A stretch of DNA of 63,884 nt, the filler included, from Thraustochytrium aureum (lineage: Eukaryota), in NCBI GenBank assembly GCA_012862495.1. It is 5 parts of 5 records of this genome, joined end to end, with 100 filler letters (N's around TTAATTAATTAA, not from the genome) between each part and the next. Parts side by side here need not be neighbours in the genome. Positions count along the whole stretch, not along the records: positions 1 to 11,855 come from BLSG01000133.1; 4 more parts are not named here. One strand, 5' to 3'. The notes below the pieces were generated by a model that did no database searches, was not told the DNA's origin, and was given only the letters and a program-made list of their open reading frames with translations. Positions 1 through 10,606 of the stretch are shown here, in pieces; positions within the stretch are counted from its first letter, which is position 1; every line of letters begins with the position of its first letter. A program made the position numbers and the translations under genes.

Positions 1-1064
1 TGCTTGCCTGCATACAGACAGCGCCTGCTTGCGCGGCCGCAACGCGCTGTGTTTCTCGGCGGTGGCTGACCATCTCGCGCGACCATCGCCATCATGGATG
101 ACATTAACAACGACAGTCTTTGGTGGAACAAAATCGGCGATGCAGGGGCTGGCGAGCTGGGCAAGGCGCTCGAGACCAACTCGACGCTGAATGAACTCAA
201 GTAAGTCGTGGCAGGGATGGCAGTGCACCGGTGGCTGTTGAGTGCGCTCGTGCCTGCGTGCATGCACATAGGGCCTGCTTGCTCGACTCCACTGCTCTGA
301 GCTTCTCGGCGGTCGCTGACAAACTCGCGCGACCATCGCTTTCATCGAACGACAATAACAACAACAGTCTTCAGAGCAACGAAATCGGCGATGCAGGGGC
401 TGGCGCCATTGTCGGGATAGCTGGTGGGATGAAGATTGTTTCGCAGTGGATCTCTGCGATTCTTTTCAGTAGCTCTCGTGACCCCAACCTGCTCAACTTC
501 GCAAGCGCCTNNNNNNNNNNNNNNNNNNNNNNNNNNNNNNNNNNNNNNNNNNNNNNNNNNNNNNNNNNNNNNNNNNNNNNNNNNNNNNNNNNNNNNNNNN
601 NNNNNNNNNNNNNNNNNNNNNNNNNNNNNNNNNNNNNNNNNNNNNNNNNNNNNNNNNNNNNNNNNNNNNNNNNNNNNNNNNNNNNNNNNNNNNNNNNNNN
701 NNNNNNNNNNNNNNNNNNNNNNNNNNNNNNNNNNNNNNNNNNNNNNNNNNNNNNNNNNNNNNNNNNNNNNNNNNNNNNNNNNNNNNNNNNNNNNNNNNNN
801 NNNNNNNNNNNNNNNNNNNNTGCAGGGGCTGGCGCGCTGGCGAAGGCGCTCGAGACCAACTCGACGCTGTCTAAGCTGTCGTAAGTCATGGCAGGGATAG
901 CAGTGCGCTGGTGGCTGTCGAGTGCACTCGTGCCTAGCTCGTGGCTACATACACACCGACAGAGCCTGTTTGCGCGTCCGCACCGCGCTGTGCTTCTCGG
1001 TGGTGGCTGACCAACTCGCGCGACCGTCGTCATCACGGAACGACGACAACAACAACAACAACAG
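1..1064 (+). repeat. Tandem ~250-bp exon+intron cassettes; paralogous phase-2 introns at <1-116, 201-367 and 881-1064
   Basis: The introns share GTAAGTC.TGGCAGGGAT.GCAGTGC..GGTGGCTGT.GAGTGC, CTTCTCGG.GGT.GCTGAC..CTCGCGCGACC and an (AAC)n-AG acceptor. Confidence 0.9.
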
Positions 1065-1251
1065 TATCTGGGACAACCGCATTGGAAATGCACAAGCTGG
1101 CGCGCTGGTCGATGTGATGGAGTACCAGGCGCAAAAGAAACGTCGTATGATTCATGTCTTTAGACAGAGAAGCGGACTGCCGTTGGCGATAGTCGCCCAG
1201 ATTGAGGAGTTCCTGGGTGAAACGGTTGAAACAGTGAAGATCTATTGGTAA
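117..1251 (+). CDS. RNI-like/NLRC3-type leucine-rich-repeat protein, 3' part, spliced. Exons 117-200, 368-~407 (then diverges), <=821-880 and 1065-1251
   Basis: Exon 117-200 is exactly 84 nt and encodes one 28-aa LRR (LWWNKIGDAGAGELGKALETNSTLNELN). It is flanked by CAG (114-116) and GTAAGT (201). The same module recurs at 821-880 (AGAGALAKALETNSTLSKLS | GTAAGT). The last exon reads IWDNRIGNAQAGAL...VKIYW*. Confidence 0.85.
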
Positions 1252-1552
1252 AGATCTTGATTGATTGAGAGCAGAAAATCGATTTCAGGGAGCGCTCAGG
1301 CGGCTCGAAGTCGCAGGAGACAGCCTCGGCATTGTGGCGCTTCGCCTCGATCACCTCCGCGACGGCCTCGAGGTGGCGTTTGTTGACCGCTCGGCCCTCC
1401 TCCTCGTTGCCGTGCTCGATGCAGGGGTGGTTGAGCTCAGGGATGACCTCGTTGCTGATCTTCTTCGTTTGAACCAACTAGTGCTGGGTGTTCTCGGCGT
1501 CGCGCCGCCAGAGCGTCTGGTCGACGGCCTGCCAGGAGCGGAAGGAGTCGAG
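1160..1552 (-). pseudogene. Coding-like fragment of unknown function with an in-frame TAG at 1478-1480; 5' part lies in the gap
   Basis: Host-like GC3-rich codons run in one frame on both sides of the TAG: LDSFRSWQAVDQTLWRRDAENTQH*LVQTKKISNEVIPELNHPCIEH... Confidence 0.35.
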
Positions 1553-2375
1553 NNNNNNNNNNNNNNNNNNNNNNNNNNNNNNNNNNNNNNNNNNNNNNNN
1601 NNNNNNNNNNNNNNNNNNNNNNNNNNNNNNNNNNNNNNNNNNNNNNNNNNNNNNNNNNNNNNNNNNNNNNNNNNNNNNNNNNNNNNNNNNNNNNNNNNNN
1701 NNNNNNNNNNNNNNNNNNNNNNNNNNNNNNNNNNNNNNNNNNNNNNNNNNNNNNNNNNNNNNNNNNNNNNNNNNNNNNNNNNNNNNNNNNNNNNNNNNNN
1801 NNNNNNNNNNNNNNNNNNNNNNNNNNNNNNNNNNNNNNNNNNNNNNNNNNNNNNNNNNNNNNNNNNNNNNNNNNNNNNNNNNNNNNNNNNNNNNNNNNNN
1901 NNNNNNNNNNNNNNNNNNNNNNNNNNNNNNNNNNNNNNNNNNNNNNNNNNNNNNNNNNNNNNNNNNNNNNNNNNNNNNNNNNNNNNNNNNNNNNNNNNNN
2001 NNNNNNNNNNNNNNNNNNNNNNNNNNNNNNNNNNNNNNNNNNNNNNNNNNNNNNNNNNNNNNNNNNNNCCACGTAAATCGAAACCCCATCCGTTCATCCG
2101 CCAACGCCACGAGCCGGCCGACCCCAAACCCTGCGATCGAGACGCGCTGCGCTTGTGGCAGCAACGACGAGCGCTGCGCTCGGCTGGCCACGAGCACGTC
2201 GACCACCAAGGCGTCCAAAACCTTTCCTTCCACAGTGCGCCAGCCGCTCGCCCCGCCTTCCAGCCTTCCAGGCCCCCAGCCAGCCGTCCACGCCGGCCCT
2301 CAGCGGCGCCGAGCAGCTGCCGAGCAGGCGCTCTCGGAGCAGCTCCAGACTGCGAAGCGCCGCGGCGAACGCGCC

Positions 2376-3164
2376 ATGGGCGGCACGCGGGTGAGCGCCT
2401 GGCTCGCTCGCATGGGCAGGTGCTCGCGGCGCGAAGCGGACGAGTTCATCCGGCAGGGGCTCGTGCTGGTCGACGGGACGGTCGCGCAACTCGGCCAGCG
2501 AGTCCCGGACGGGGCGCACGTGGAGCTGCTCGAGGAGGCCGAGCGCGAGCAGGACGGCAAGCCCACGTTCCTGCTGCACAAGCCTCCCAAGGTGCTGAGC
2601 GGGACGCCCGAAGGCTCGACGCGCGCGACGGCCATCGACTTGGTGAAAGACTTGCGGAGGAACGCAGGCGCGCTGCCGGCCGGCGTCAGGCCGGGCCAGT
2701 GGCGAGGCTTCTTGCGCGGGCTGGCGCCGTGCGGGAGGCTTGACTACGAGTCGGAAGGCCTCCTCGTGCTCTCCTCGGACGGTCGCATCGCGCGCGAGCT
2801 CGTGTTCCAAAGCCAAGTTGAAAAGGAATACCTTGTCAGGGCAAGAGGCACGCTACAAGAGAAGAGCCTGGAGCTCTTGCGGCACGGAATTGCACTTGAC
2901 GGAGAGCTTTTGCGGCAGGCCAAGGTGGAGCGCATCCGAGACCAGAGCGGCCCGCTGGGCGAGCCGTCCACCCTCCAAACGCTTCGATTCACGCTCACGC
3001 AAGGCAAGTACCGCCAAATCCGTCGCATGTGCGACCAAGTTGGCCTGCGTGTCGAGCGCCTTGTGCGGGTACGCATCGGGGACGTGAAATTAGACATTCC
3101 TTCAGGGAAGTGGCGCCTCATGCGCCAAGACGAGTCGTTCGCACCCAGAGCCCCCCCCGTCTGA
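2376..3164 (+). CDS. RsuA/RluE/RluF-family RNA pseudouridine synthase with N-terminal S4 domain
   Basis: S4-like RVSAWLARMGRCSRREADEFIRQGLVLVDG, LLHKP, catalytic GRLDYESEGLL and LTQGKYRQIRRM...LVRVRIG. Start placed at ATG 2376; the frame is open further upstream. Confidence 0.9.
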   Translation: MGGTRVSAWLARMGRCSRREADEFIRQGLVLVDGTVAQLGQRVPDGAHVELLEEAEREQDGKPTFLLHKPPKVLSGTPEGSTRATAIDLVKDLRRNAGALPAGVRPGQWRGFLRGLAPCGRLDYESEGLLVLSSDGRIARELVFQSQVEKEYLVRARGTLQEKSLELLRHGIALDGELLRQAKVERIRDQSGPLGEPSTLQTLRFTLTQGKYRQIRRMCDQVGLRVERLVRVRIGDVKLDIPSGKWRLMRQDESFAPRAPPV

Positions 3165-3753
3165 ACGGTGCTCCCCTGTTTCGCGAGGACGCGGCGAAAG
3201 CCTGACCTCCACGACCCACTGGTCAACAGCTGCAAGACCTCCTGGGGTGCGGTCCACCAGCAAAAGTGGAGCGACAGCGTCCAGCGCAGCGTAGCGGAGC
3301 TGGGCGTCGGCGAGCGGCCGCGCAGACCAGTCACTGCACTGATAGTCTTTGTCCATGTGGGCCCCGAGGACAAGCCTCACCCACTCAGAAAGGCCAACGC
3401 CGAACGGCGTCCCGAGGAAGCCGTCGACGAATCGGCGCGCCGAAAAGGCCGCCAAGACGGTCTGCGCGTCAACGATCGCCATCATGGGCCGCCCCACCGA
3501 GGCTGCGCCAAGCATTCCTCGGAGACGCCGGAGGTCCTCGTGCAGGCTGTATCCGACCAGGACGCACGTACTGCCGTCAAGGAGACTTGTCATGAGCTGC
3601 ATCGCAGCCGTTGCAGTCGCTGCGTCCGCGCCCGGCCCAAACAGAGTCTGCAGGTCGACGAGGAGCACATCGCCGCTTAGCTCGAGGGAAACCTGCCAGA
3701 GTGACAGGTAGGCCGGCAGTGCGCAAACGCTGCTGCCAGAATTGGCGTCAGCA

Positions 3754-3784
<31 letters not shown>

Positions 3785-6208
3785 GCGAAGTGCGTCGTCG
3801 AGGGCGTAAAGTCAGTGACGTGGTCCGCGTCAACCTCGGGCGCCTCCCCAGCGGGCCGCTCTCGGGCCCCACTCTGCATCGATGCCCAGTACGAGGCGGG
3901 ACCGAGCGCCGCCTTGCGCGCGCCGGCGCTCCAAGGCAGCATGCAGCATTTGCGTCGCGCGCTGGACTGAGGCGGCGCTATCAACAAACAGGGTGCGGAT
4001 TTCGCGGGGCCGGCCAATGCACTCCGGTGGTGGGGGCGCCACCTCGGCGGGTGTCAGGCTCGCCCACTCGAACAGCTCGTCAAACTCTGGCATGACCGCA
4101 TCGCGCGGCTTGAAGTGGAGGTTCAGCGGAGGAAACACCTCTACGAGTCCGAAGCGGACGCGGATTGCGTCGGCGTGATGAAAGCTCCTGCCTAGGCGGA
4201 TCGTGTCGCGGAATAGCTGCATCGCGAGCTCTGGCGTCGCGTTCAGCCCGACGACCTGCTCGGCCTTGTCAAACTTGCGCGCCCGCACGAGCTCTCGAGT
4301 CAGGGCTGCTGCCCCGGTCGCGTCTAAGCGGAGCTCGAAGGCTTGCATGAGCCCGAGCGCCGCGCCTGCCTGCGCGTCCGTCCAGTCTGCTGCTTGCGCG
4401 ACGAGCGCCGCGACACGGACCGTGGCTTTGCGCCTTGCACGGTCGGTTGCGTGCAGGGCTGGGCCGAGTTGATGACCCGGCGAAGAGCCGCCGAGGGAAA
4501 ACAGGAGCTGCAACGCGAGGTCGGCCTCCTGCTCTGCGCAGAGTCCAGCAAAGTCGGAGAACTCGGGGCTCGCCAGAACGAGGTCGAGGAGGCTGGCTTT
4601 GCGCGAGGCGCAAGCTGACTCGCAGGCGCGCAAGACCAGGCGCAGAAGCGACTTGCGCTCCTTGCTGGGCAACGGCAAGCGCGCCTCATCGGCCAGCTCG
4701 GCGCAAGCAGCGAGGGCGAAAACGGCCACCTCGTCTGGGGTCCACGCCGCGGCGGCCGCGGCTTGCAGGTCGCGCACGACGTGCTGCGTGTGGGCGTTGG
4801 AGGCAAAGCCGCCCAGGAAGCCGCGCCCTGCCATCGGATCTGAGCGCGCTTTGCTAACCACCGAGACCGACTCGGCTCCGTAAAGGGACGCCACAACGGC
4901 GTCAATCTGCCTCAGAGCCCCGGTGTCCTGCCGACCGGGCTCAAGCGCGGCACGAAGGACGAAGCGCTCGCAGAGCATGCAGGCGCGCTTGGGGCCGCTG
5001 CCTTGCCGCCGAGTGCCTTTGGGTCTCCCGGCAGCGGCGACTGCTGCGAGGTCGTCGTCAGCATCGGCGTCGAGAGAGCAAGTCACGCGATTGGGGTCGG
5101 CCACGACGAGCTCGATCGGCTCGTTCGGGGCCCCTTCCCGTTCAGTTCTGCCTTCACCAAATCCGACGGGTCCCAGTCTCCTGGCAGCACAAAGCCCCGC
5201 GTCTGCTCGCGCCACATGCCATCTTCCTCGAGCACGAGCCTCGCCAGCATCAGGGGCGCCACGCCCCGTCAGGCCTGACCGCCTCCGGTGCGGGACGGGC
5301 CTTAGCTGCTGAGCCGGCGTCGTGGTGAAGTGCACCGTTAGGAGACGACGCATGTCCTCCTTCTCGAGCAAGGGGATGCCAAAGCTGTGCTTGTCAGCGT
5401 CAGCGACGACCACGGGCGCCATCCAAAACAGCTTGGGGAGGATGGTAAAACGCTCCCTTTCAGGGTCGGATGCGGCGCCCACGTTGTCGACGACGCTCGC
5501 AAATTCAGTCGTGAACCAGCGCCGCAGGTGCGGCTCGAGCAGATGGCGATCGTGCAGCACGCCCTCATAGCTCCCATCATTCTGTGCGTGGGCCTCCCCG
5601 ACGCGGCCGAGCTCGTAAAATATATATCCCTGGATGACTGCCGCAGAGACGAGCTCGCGCGACGGGCCCTGGGCGCCCGTGACCGCCGCGGAAGCGTCTC
5701 CCCCGCCGTCGCTGCCGTTGTCGTGCCCTTTTGGGGGCAGAGGTTCAGGGAACAGGCTCCTTAGCCGCGGCCTCGCGACCCGCGCCACTGCAAGTTTGCG
5801 CTCTGCAAAGCGAAACCGCGTCTCGAGCGTCTCGGAGAGGTGCGGCCCAACCAGCACTGGTCCGCGGCGGCAGAAAAACTTGATGCTGCATTCCAAGTGC
5901 AAGAGCCCGCCGTCCTCGTCCAGCCACACAAACTTGAGTGCGCCAAGCGTCGTGTCGCCGTGCCGCACACGGATTGCCGAGCTGAGCTCCTGCACGCCGA
6001 GCCCAGGGCAGCTGCGCAGCCAAAACTCGACAAGCAGCCCAAAGTACGTCCCGAGCGCCAGCTGGCGCTTCTTGCCTCGGCGCTCGAGCATAAACGCCGC
6101 CAAGCTCTGCCTCGGGCCGTCTCGCTCCCCTCGCTCGAACCCGGCGAGCCACGGCGCGCTCTTCTCGGCCGCCCGGACGAGCCATCGGCCAACGCGCGAG
6201 GCCAGCGG
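3102..6208 (-). CDS. DUF1853-like domain fused to a C-terminal DEDDy 3'-5' exonuclease (MUT-7/EXD3/WRN-like); frameshifted, 5' end in or beyond the gap
   Basis: DUF1853-type motifs LGTYFGLLVEFWL, TLGALKFV, HLECSIKFF, VGPHLSETL, and EQTRGFVLPGDW in a shifted frame near 5170-5210. Exonuclease motifs: ExoI LGIDAEW (~3870-3890), ExoII GYSLHEDL, ExoIII QCSDWSARPL..AQLRYAALDA. Confidence 0.75.
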
Positions 6209-7437
6209 NNNNNNNNNNNNNNNNNNNNNNNNNNNNNNNNNNNNNNNNNNNNNNNNNNNNNNNNNNNNNNNNNNNNNNNNNNNNNNNNNNNNNNNNNNNN
6301 NNNNNNNNNNNNNNNNNNNNNNNNNNNNNNNNNNNNNNNNNNNNNNNNNNNNNNNNNNNNNNNNNNNNNNNNNNNNNNNNNNNNNNNNNNNNNNNNNNNN
6401 NNNNNNNNNNNNNNNNNNNNNNNNNNNNNNNNNNNNNNNNNNNNNNNNNNNNNNNNNNNNNNNNNNNNNNNNNNCTCGAACGCGGTCTGCCGGGGCGGGG
6501 CCCTGGCTGGCTCGCGCTGGGGCGTCGGCGCAGTCGGCTCGCAGCAGGCCGGACGGCGGAGGAATCGAGTGTTGCGGACCGCCAGCTCGAGGCAGGCGCG
6601 GACCGGCAGCTTGCGAAGCGCCTTGCTCGTCCACGGACCCCGCGCAGGCCGGCAGCTTGGACTGACGCACTCGGCAACGCATTGCGGCGGCCGAGTGTAG
6701 CGGCGGAGGGAAGCGAGTCAAGGTGTGGTTGGCCGTGCCGGCGGGCAGGGCCTGGCGCAAGCGCGAGGGCTGGAGCTGCTGCGCCTCTCGAGCCAGAGCT
6801 TCGCGCTGGAACTGAGATGCCGCTCCGCAAGCAGTCGCCGCGACGCGGTTAGCCGCGGCTTGGCGCCACGTCCGCATTGCACAAAGCTGTCGCTGGATGC
6901 AGCAGCGACGCGAAGCTGGTGACAGGCACCGCGTCGCGTTCCAAGCGACGAGGTGCCGGCAGCGAAACCCGTTTGCAAGCTGCATAGGGTTTCTCGCTGC
7001 CCAAGCGCGCGCTGTCGAGCTGCTCTCGTCCCGGCGACCCGCTCAACCGCGACCGGTCGCAAGCCGCGAAACTTTGCCACAGGTGCGCGGATTCGCGAAG
7101 CGAACGCTGGCCACCAGCTCGAGCATAGAGCTCACTCTCTACGTAGACATGAGCGGCTTGGCCGTTGGCAGCGAGACAGGGAGCGGGCGGGGGCAGACGC
7201 GTGGCGGCCGTGCAACTGCGCTATGATGCTGCAAATACGCCAAAAAACGGACATATTCCTCCTTCACGGTTGCAAGGAGTAGAGTATCTGTCGTCCTCGG
7301 ATCGTGGGTATGTCCTCGAGCGAGCTCTGGGTCGAAGTGCAAGCGAGCTGGACCTGCAAGACGCCAACAGACCGCAAAAGACGAAGAGCAGCGGAAAGGC
7401 GCGCAGACACGACAAGCGAAACGACGAAAGCTGCAGG

Positions 7438-8762
7438 ATGAAGGCCCCCGCGCTCGCTGCCGTCCTCACGGCAAGCCTTGCAACGCAGGGCACTGCCACC
7501 AACATGTCGATGACTGTCTGCGATGTATCTTCAACACCCGCCGCGCAGAGCAATGCAGGGCGTGGACCCAATTTGTGACCGCGCTAAACTGGGGGCCGGC
7601 CTGGCTCAAGTGCAAGAACAGCATTCAAGCAGACAGTGAGGACCCCTGCGACACCACCGGGTGCGCGCTGCACCCTAGCAACAACTTCGTCACGTGCTCC
7701 AACCGGCTGCTCACAAGCATCCAATTCACCGCCGAAAACAACCTCCAGGTTGTCGATGAGGACCTCCTCTACACAGCCATGGCGGCTCTTCAAATGCTTC
7801 CCTCGTTGGAGAGGGTCATGCTCAACAACCAGGCAAACCTAGGCCTCACCGCGTGCTTTGATGCCTGCAACAGTGCGAATCCCATCGAGATCCGCCTAGC
7901 TTGCGAGTTCAATGCCGGATGTGAAGGGGCTTGCGAAGCGAACGGCGGCGCCTGCCCCGTGCGAGTAACCAAGGCTCCGACCAGTGTCTTGCCGACGGCC
8001 TCGCCGACGACCTCGCCGCCGACGACCTCGCCGACGACGGCCACGCCGACGGCCACTAGTGGGCCAACGACCAGGCCCACTGGCGGGCCAACGACCAGGC
8101 CCACTGGGGAACCAACGACCAGGCCCACTAACGGGCCAACGACCAGACCCACTGGCGGACCAACGACCAGGCCCACTGACAGACCAACCTCAGCAGAGGG
8201 GGCCACCGCGACGCCTACATCTTCTCTCCACTCGAACCTTACATCTCCATCCGCCAGCCCCACCTTGAATCCACCGTCCAGCGCTCCCCCAAGCCCCGCG
8301 GCGCGTCAAGCTATCAACTTCACCGTGACGTGGACCGGGACAAAGTTCGTTCCAGAGGTCCACCTGTCGACCACCTTCAAGAACTTCATCATGTCGATAG
8401 CAGCACAAGCAGCGGGCGTCCAGGAAGAGCAGGTAGCTATTTTCAGCGTCAGGAGCGGCAGCGTCGTCGTCGATGTGGGAGTCTCGGGGATGCAGGTCCA
8501 GTCGTCTGCCGACTTTCTTACATATCAAACGAAGCAATTCGCGCTCGACAACGATGCGGACAAGCTCTTTGGCCTCATCGACGCCAGCCCGCTCGATACG
8601 ACGAATGCGCCGGCTCCATCCTCGTCTGTCGGTGTCGGTGCGATCGTGGGGAGCGCGGTAGGCGCTATCGCCCTTGCTCTGCTCGTGTATCACTTTGCAT
8701 GCCACCGCCAGGGTCGCAAGGGCGCCCAAATCGCAGCTGAAAAGCAGGGACTCAAAACCTGA
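7438..8762 (+). CDS. Type I membrane surface glycoprotein: signal peptide, Cys-rich domain, PT-rich stalk, TM helix; frameshift near 7530-7550
   Basis: Signal-like MKAPALAAVLTASLATQGTA at ATG 7438 continues into ORF 7575-8762 via EQCRAWTQFVTALNW. It has PTT repeats and a C-terminal TM, VGAIVGSAVGAIALALLVYHF. Confidence 0.75.
8061..8187 (+). repeat. 24-bp coding tandem repeat (~5 copies) encoding xPTTRPTx
   Basis: GGGCCAACGACCAGGCCCACTGGC-like units start at 8061, 8085, 8109, 8133 and 8157. Confidence 0.9.
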
Positions 8763-8915
8763 TTGATTGAGCAAGACTCAAAATGGCCCGCACATCTCAG
8801 TTCTATCAAAGATCGTCTTCATTTTGCATGTACGTACTTCGGCTATTCTGGCCGGAGGCCCCTCTTGCGAGGCTTGCCAAAGGTTTCCGGCTGGCTCCGT
8901 TTCCATTGTTGAGTG

Positions 8916-9842
8916 TCAGTCCGCGTCGTCTACGTTGAGCTGGAGCGGGCCGTCCATCTCGACGTACTGGTACATGGCGGCCAGGCCTTTGCAGATCTTG
9001 CGGTCCGGCACGAGCGGCAGCGTTACGCAAGCAAAGTACCCGCAGCGGAGGAGCAGCACGATGACGCAGTGGCGTTCCGTGTCGTAAGCGTCCAGCGCTT
9101 GCGCCAAGCTCGGGCGCACGACTGCGAGCTCAAAGTCGTCTTCGAAGGCCAGGCCGTCAAACTCCCCCAGCGTGAGAAACTGCAAGCGCACGTTCCTCGC
9201 AAGCGGGCGGCCCTCGTGGTCCAGGGCTTCGTGGCCGTAGACCCACTCGGCCAGCGTAGCGTTGGAGCGGAGCAGCACAAAGCCGCGACCGCGCACCATC
9301 TCGAACCCCACAGCGAACGGGCACAGGTACATGCGAACACGCCTGAACAGCTCCTCCATGACAAAGTGCGCTTGCTCCTTGGCCAGGCCGCCCTTGGCGA
9401 GCGCCTGCACCAGCGGGCACTCGCGCTTGTGCCGGCGCTTCCAGTCCTGCTTCTGGCACACCTGCGAGCAATACGCTGCGCCGCATCTCGAGCACCTCAG
9501 CAGCCTGCCCGGGCTCTCCTCTGCCGCCTCGCCTCGGCGGCCGCACTGCGCGTTGGAGCACCGCGGGGGCCGCTCCACTTCCAGCAGCACGTCCGCCCGC
9601 GCCTCCTCCCGAGCGACATACTTGAGATTCTCCTCAAAGTGCCACAGCGGCTGCTCCACCCAGGGCGCCTGCTCGAGCTCTCGCACGACCTGCGCGCCCT
9701 TCTCCACGGCGTCCGCGTGCGGTCCTGCGCCGAGTTCGCTGCCACTCGTCCCGCGGCCTCCATCGCCATCATCCCGGGCCCGCCGCCGTCCCTGGGATCC
9801 CCATCGCGCCGAGCCCGCCGGCCGCCTGGCGCGCCAGCTGCA
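8916..9842 (-). CDS. MYND-type zinc finger protein (start uncertain, adjacent to gap)
   Basis: CSNAQC...LLRCSRCGAAYCSQVCQKQDWKRRHKREC is a zf-MYND pattern. Confidence 0.85.
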   Translation of the reverse strand, partial: CSWRARRPAGSARWGSQGRRRARDDGDGGRGTSGSELGAGPHADAVEKGAQVVRELEQAPWVEQPLWHFEENLKYVAREEARADVLLEVERPPRCSNAQCGRRGEAAEESPGRLLRCSRCGAAYCSQVCQKQDWKRRHKRECPLVQALAKGGLAKEQAHFVMEELFRRVRMYLCPFAVGFEMVRGRGFVLLRSNATLAEWVYGHEALDHEGRPLARNVRLQFLTLGEFDGLAFEDDFELAVVRPSLAQALDAYDTERHCVIVLLLRCGYFACVTLPLVPDRKICKGLAAMYQYVEMDGPLQLNVDDAD

Positions 9843-10606
9843 NNNNNNNNNNNNNNNNNNNNNNNNNNNNNNNNNNNNNNNNNNNNNNNNNNNNNNNNNN
9901 NNNNNNNNNNNNNNNNNNNNNNNNNNNNNNNNNNNNNNNNNNNNNNNNNNNNNNNNNNNNNNNNNNNNNNNNNNNNNNNNNNNNNNNNNNNNNNNNNNNN
10001 NNNNNNNNNNNNNNNNNNNNNNNNNNNNNNNNNNNNNNNNNNNNNNNNNNNNNNNNNNNNNNNNNNNNNNNNNNNNNNNNNNNNNNNNNNNNNNNNNNNN
10101 NNNNNNNNNNNNNNNNNNNNNNNNNNNNNNNNNNNNNNNNNNNNNNNNNNNNNNNNNNNNNNNNNNNNNNNNNNNNNNNNNNNNNNNNNNNNNNNNNNNN
10201 NNNNNNNNNNNNNNNNNNNNNNNNNNNNNNNNNNNNNNNNNNNNNNNNNNNNNNNNNNNNNNNNNNNNNNNNNNNNNNNNNNNNNNNNNNNNNNNNNNNN
10301 NNNNNNNNNNNNNNNNNNNNNNNNNNNNNNNNNNNNNNNNNNNNNNNNNNNNNNNNNNNNNNNNNNNNNNNNNNNNNNNNNNNNNNNNNNNNNNNNNNNN
10401 NNNNNNNNNNNNNNNNNNNNNNNNNNNNNNNNNNNNNNNNNNNNNNNNNNNNNNNNNNNNNNNNNNNNNNNNNNNNNNNNNNNNNNNNNNNNNNNNNNNN
10501 NNNNNNNNNNNNNNNNNNNNNNNNNNNNNNNNNNNNNNNNNNNNNNNNNNNNNNNNNNNNNNNNNNNNNNNNNNNNNNNNNNNNNNNNNNNNNNNNNNNN
10601 NNNNNN

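Noticed and set aside
1..1064. Regularly spaced repeats resembling a CRISPR array or satellite
   Set aside because: The units are ~250 bp with GT-AG boundaries and encode LRRs. There is no repeat-spacer structure and no cas gene.
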